A DNA stretch of 64,000 nucleotides from Cetorhinus maximus (Eukaryota). The stretch lies in contig NC_135892.1 of the NCBI RefSeq assembly GCF_964194155.1, positions 61,070,001-61,134,000 on the forward strand, written 5' to 3'. The notes beneath the pieces are model-generated. The model was not told where the DNA came from. It made no database searches and saw nothing but the letters and a program-made list of their open reading frames with translations. The position numbers and the translations under genes were made by a program. This document shows, piece by piece, positions 61,441 to 64,000 of the stretch (within the stretch, counting starts at the first letter, position 1; each line of letters starts with the position of its first letter).

Positions 61441-63105
61441 CACAACACTACCTACACTTCAAAAGTACTTACTTAGTTGCAAAGTGTTTGGGATGTTCTG
61501 TGGTCATGAAAGGCACTGTGTAAATGAAAGTCTTTCTTTATCTTTTCATTCTCACCTGTATGCAGACAGGGTTGCAGTTGAGAATGGAAATAAATTTGGA
61601 TCATGCCTCACAGCCCAATCTTCATTAACCTCCCCCTGCCCCAGCCCTTTACAAGGACATTTGCTGCTTGGAAAAGAGGTACAGGCATGGAGCTTGTGCC
61701 AGTGGTGGATTTCCCTCCTATGTGCCCATGTTACCGTTTCTCAGGGCCACCTTGGGCAGTGGCAGTAACAGCCCTGAGCAGTCCCCAAAGAGGGAAAGTA
61801 AGGTACTATAAGGCCATCCTCACTCACCTGATGCTGTAGAGCTGGCCTTGCCGCAGCACCCCAGGATTTTACAGCTGAGTATGGTCGGCTCTCTCTTGGC
61901 AGAAGGAATCCTGTCTGTAGCCTGTCAAGCATATCTGACACATCCAAACCCAGGGAAATGGGCTGGACTTAGAGTGATGTGGGAAGAAAACCCACCCCAC
62001 TGGACCATCACCCCTGGCGGTTGAATCCCAACTGGTGTGGCTCAATCACATTTGGTTCTTTTGTTTCACCTGATTAAACATCTTGAGTATCTGATTTGCA
62101 AAGGTGTTTCTTGTTGAAATCTCATACCAATTTGTTGTTCCTTTTGGTACTGAAAGCCTACTTGACTGAGGCCTTCATTGGGGTTTTGCTTGCCAATAAG
62201 GAGGCATCAACTAGACTCTCCCCCTTCAACCAATTAAATAAGGGGCTTGCCACCCAGGATTTCATGCCACCTTCCCTGGGACTGGTGGGATCATTGCTAA
62301 CAAGAACAAAAATCAGGTGATTTGGTGGGTTCCACCTCCTCACCTCCAAATGTAAGATAACTATGGGTGCCTGCTATCTTAGCTGGGTGATCAGAGCAGG
62401 AATAGAGAAATAGGCCTCACTGCCTAAATTTCCATACATTATATATTGTTATTTTGCCTGTTGTTTGCCAGGCTAGTGGAGAAAAGTGCAAGACTTTTAG
62501 TCCTTTCAATACAAATTTAGGCATCATACATGGGTACTTTCATTTAAGTGGACATAATTTTAAAGTTATCCATCAGTATTTAACTCCATATATTAAAGGC
62601 CAATATGGACCAAGTAGCTTCCTGATTATGAATATGCTGCTGTCCACTGATGTTTCTGTGGGATCAGCATTCATCCACTCAGGAGGCTACTAATTCACTG
62701 CCTCAGGTTCCTGTCAGATCCATGAACTAACCTGCAAATTGGGGGATCTGCATTTATCCAAAATAGCTACACAGGATGGCAGCAGGAAAATTTCTTGTTT
62801 CTTTTACAAGAGTTTTAAACACAAGGTTAATCAACTCTTTATGAACATACTGGAACACAGATTAAATATAATATTATAGTGCATTTTCTCTAGGACTTTC
62901 TGTGTTCTCGCAACCCACTAGGATCAATTTCATGAGACATCTGTTATTATAGTTATCTCCAGCTGGACTCTATTGCTTTGTCAACTAAAATTAATGATGA
63001 AAAAATGTATTCTTGGCATGCCTGGATTCCCCTACAAGCAGTTGAGTAACTGGAAAGAAACTTTCCCACGTATCATTTGCATCTGTTGTATTTTGCTTGT
63101 TTTAG

Positions 63106-63290
63106 ATTCTCATGCTGTCAGCCAGATCATCAAAATAATCCCTTCAGAAGGAAAACAAGAATCATTCTCCACACTTGTCCCTCGCAACATCCCACCAATA
63201 TCACGCAGTGCAAGATTAATAATCCCCAAAGCCCCTGGCTGTATAAGAACTAAAAAAAATAAATGGTCTCTGAGTGCAGTAAACTGCTAG
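63106..63290 (+). CDS. Candidate terminal coding exon of an unidentified host gene
   Basis: Strong acceptor TATTTTGCTTGTTTTAG; phase-1 frame (D)SHAVSQIIKIIPSEGKQESFSTLVPRNIPPISRSARLIIPKAPGCIRTKKNKWSLSAVNC*; AT-rich downstream region with ATTAAA (~63342). Confidence 0.45.
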
Positions 63291-63856
63291 GCACATTTTT
63301 GGTTTCTTTTGTTTTTTTCTTTTATCCTTGTCTATGCATTTATTAAATGATCAAGCACGTAAACAAATATATTGTAATTTTAAATCAAAAATCAGATAAA
63401 GAACCAATTATATATATTGTTATTGCTTTACTTAATTACATAAATTCTTAAAGAAAACTAACCAATGAAAATCTTAAAAAAGACACTGGAAAAGCACAGC
63501 AGGTTAGTTAGTGTGTGTAACAAAAAAAAACAGACAAGTTAATTGTTTGGGTGTAATCCTTTGATTCTGAAGATCTCCACCATAAACCTTGACCTTTTTC
63601 TCTTCACAAGTGCTGATGGTCATTCTGTGCCTCCATCCTTTTCTACTTGTAGCCTAACAAACTAATCCTTGAACAAAAGAATGGAACTCACTGTCAGCAG
63701 ATGGTGCTCTGCATAAGAAAACATGACAATAAAGTGCCTTTAACACAGGAAAACCACAGGCGGGCAGGAATAACAAAGAACTGGCAGGCAGTGTGAAGAG
63801 ACAAAGTTGAGCTGATCAAAGGTAAAGATAAAGAGGTAAATATTGAGGACATTTTT

Positions 63857-64000
63857 GAATCATAGAATGATACAGCACAGAAGGAGGCCATTTGGGCCAT
63901 TGTGTCTGTGCCAGCTCTCCACAAGGGCTATCCAATTAGCTTCACTTTCCTGCTATTTCCCTATAGCCCTTCAAGATTTTCCCCTTCAAGTATGCATCAC
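63857..64000 (-). mobile_element. CR1 3' tail, runs off the window
   Basis: GAATCATAGAATGATACAGCACAGAAGGAGGCCATTTGGGCCATTGTGTCTGTGCC. Confidence 0.8.

Larger units (their letters stand above)
58757..61546 (+). mobile_element. Deu-domain SINE split into four pieces (58757-58819, 59443-59606, 60055-60150, 61441-61546)
   Basis: tRNA head (GGTTCAAACCC), Deu core (GTGCAGTGCTGAGG..CTTTCAGGTGAAACACTGAACC), body and tail are collinear with the SINEs at 10405 and 52095. Confidence 0.8.

Overview
Eukaryotic, repeat-saturated vertebrate DNA. The repeat families (CR1 LINEs with short microsatellite tails, Deu-domain tRNA SINEs, Penelope elements, PIF/Harbinger relics and GGGC..GCCC MITEs) point to a cartilaginous fish such as a shark; this is inference. 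There is no prokaryotic gene content, and almost all ORFs in the track are spurious or transposon fragments. Most of the window is decayed, deeply nested mobile elements: many CR1 pieces, L2 and RTE LINEs, two Penelope families carrying minimal hammerhead-ribozyme motifs, an internally deleted Gypsy element with both LTRs, three solo LTRs with target-site duplications (TSDs), a Copia-order (gag-PR-IN) relic, five Myb/SANT and three HARBI1-type Harbinger gene relics, about ten Harbinger-type MITEs, and a 37-bp minisatellite. AT-rich unique islands hold a few plus-strand exon candidates (best: 47364-47493 joined to a terminal exon 63106-63290) from an unidentified host gene, so the window may be mostly intronic. 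I found no clearly novel system. The best leads are the Penelope hammerheads, the twin-priming-like inverted RTE, the Copia relic, the Harbinger gene/MITE cluster and the candidate gene.
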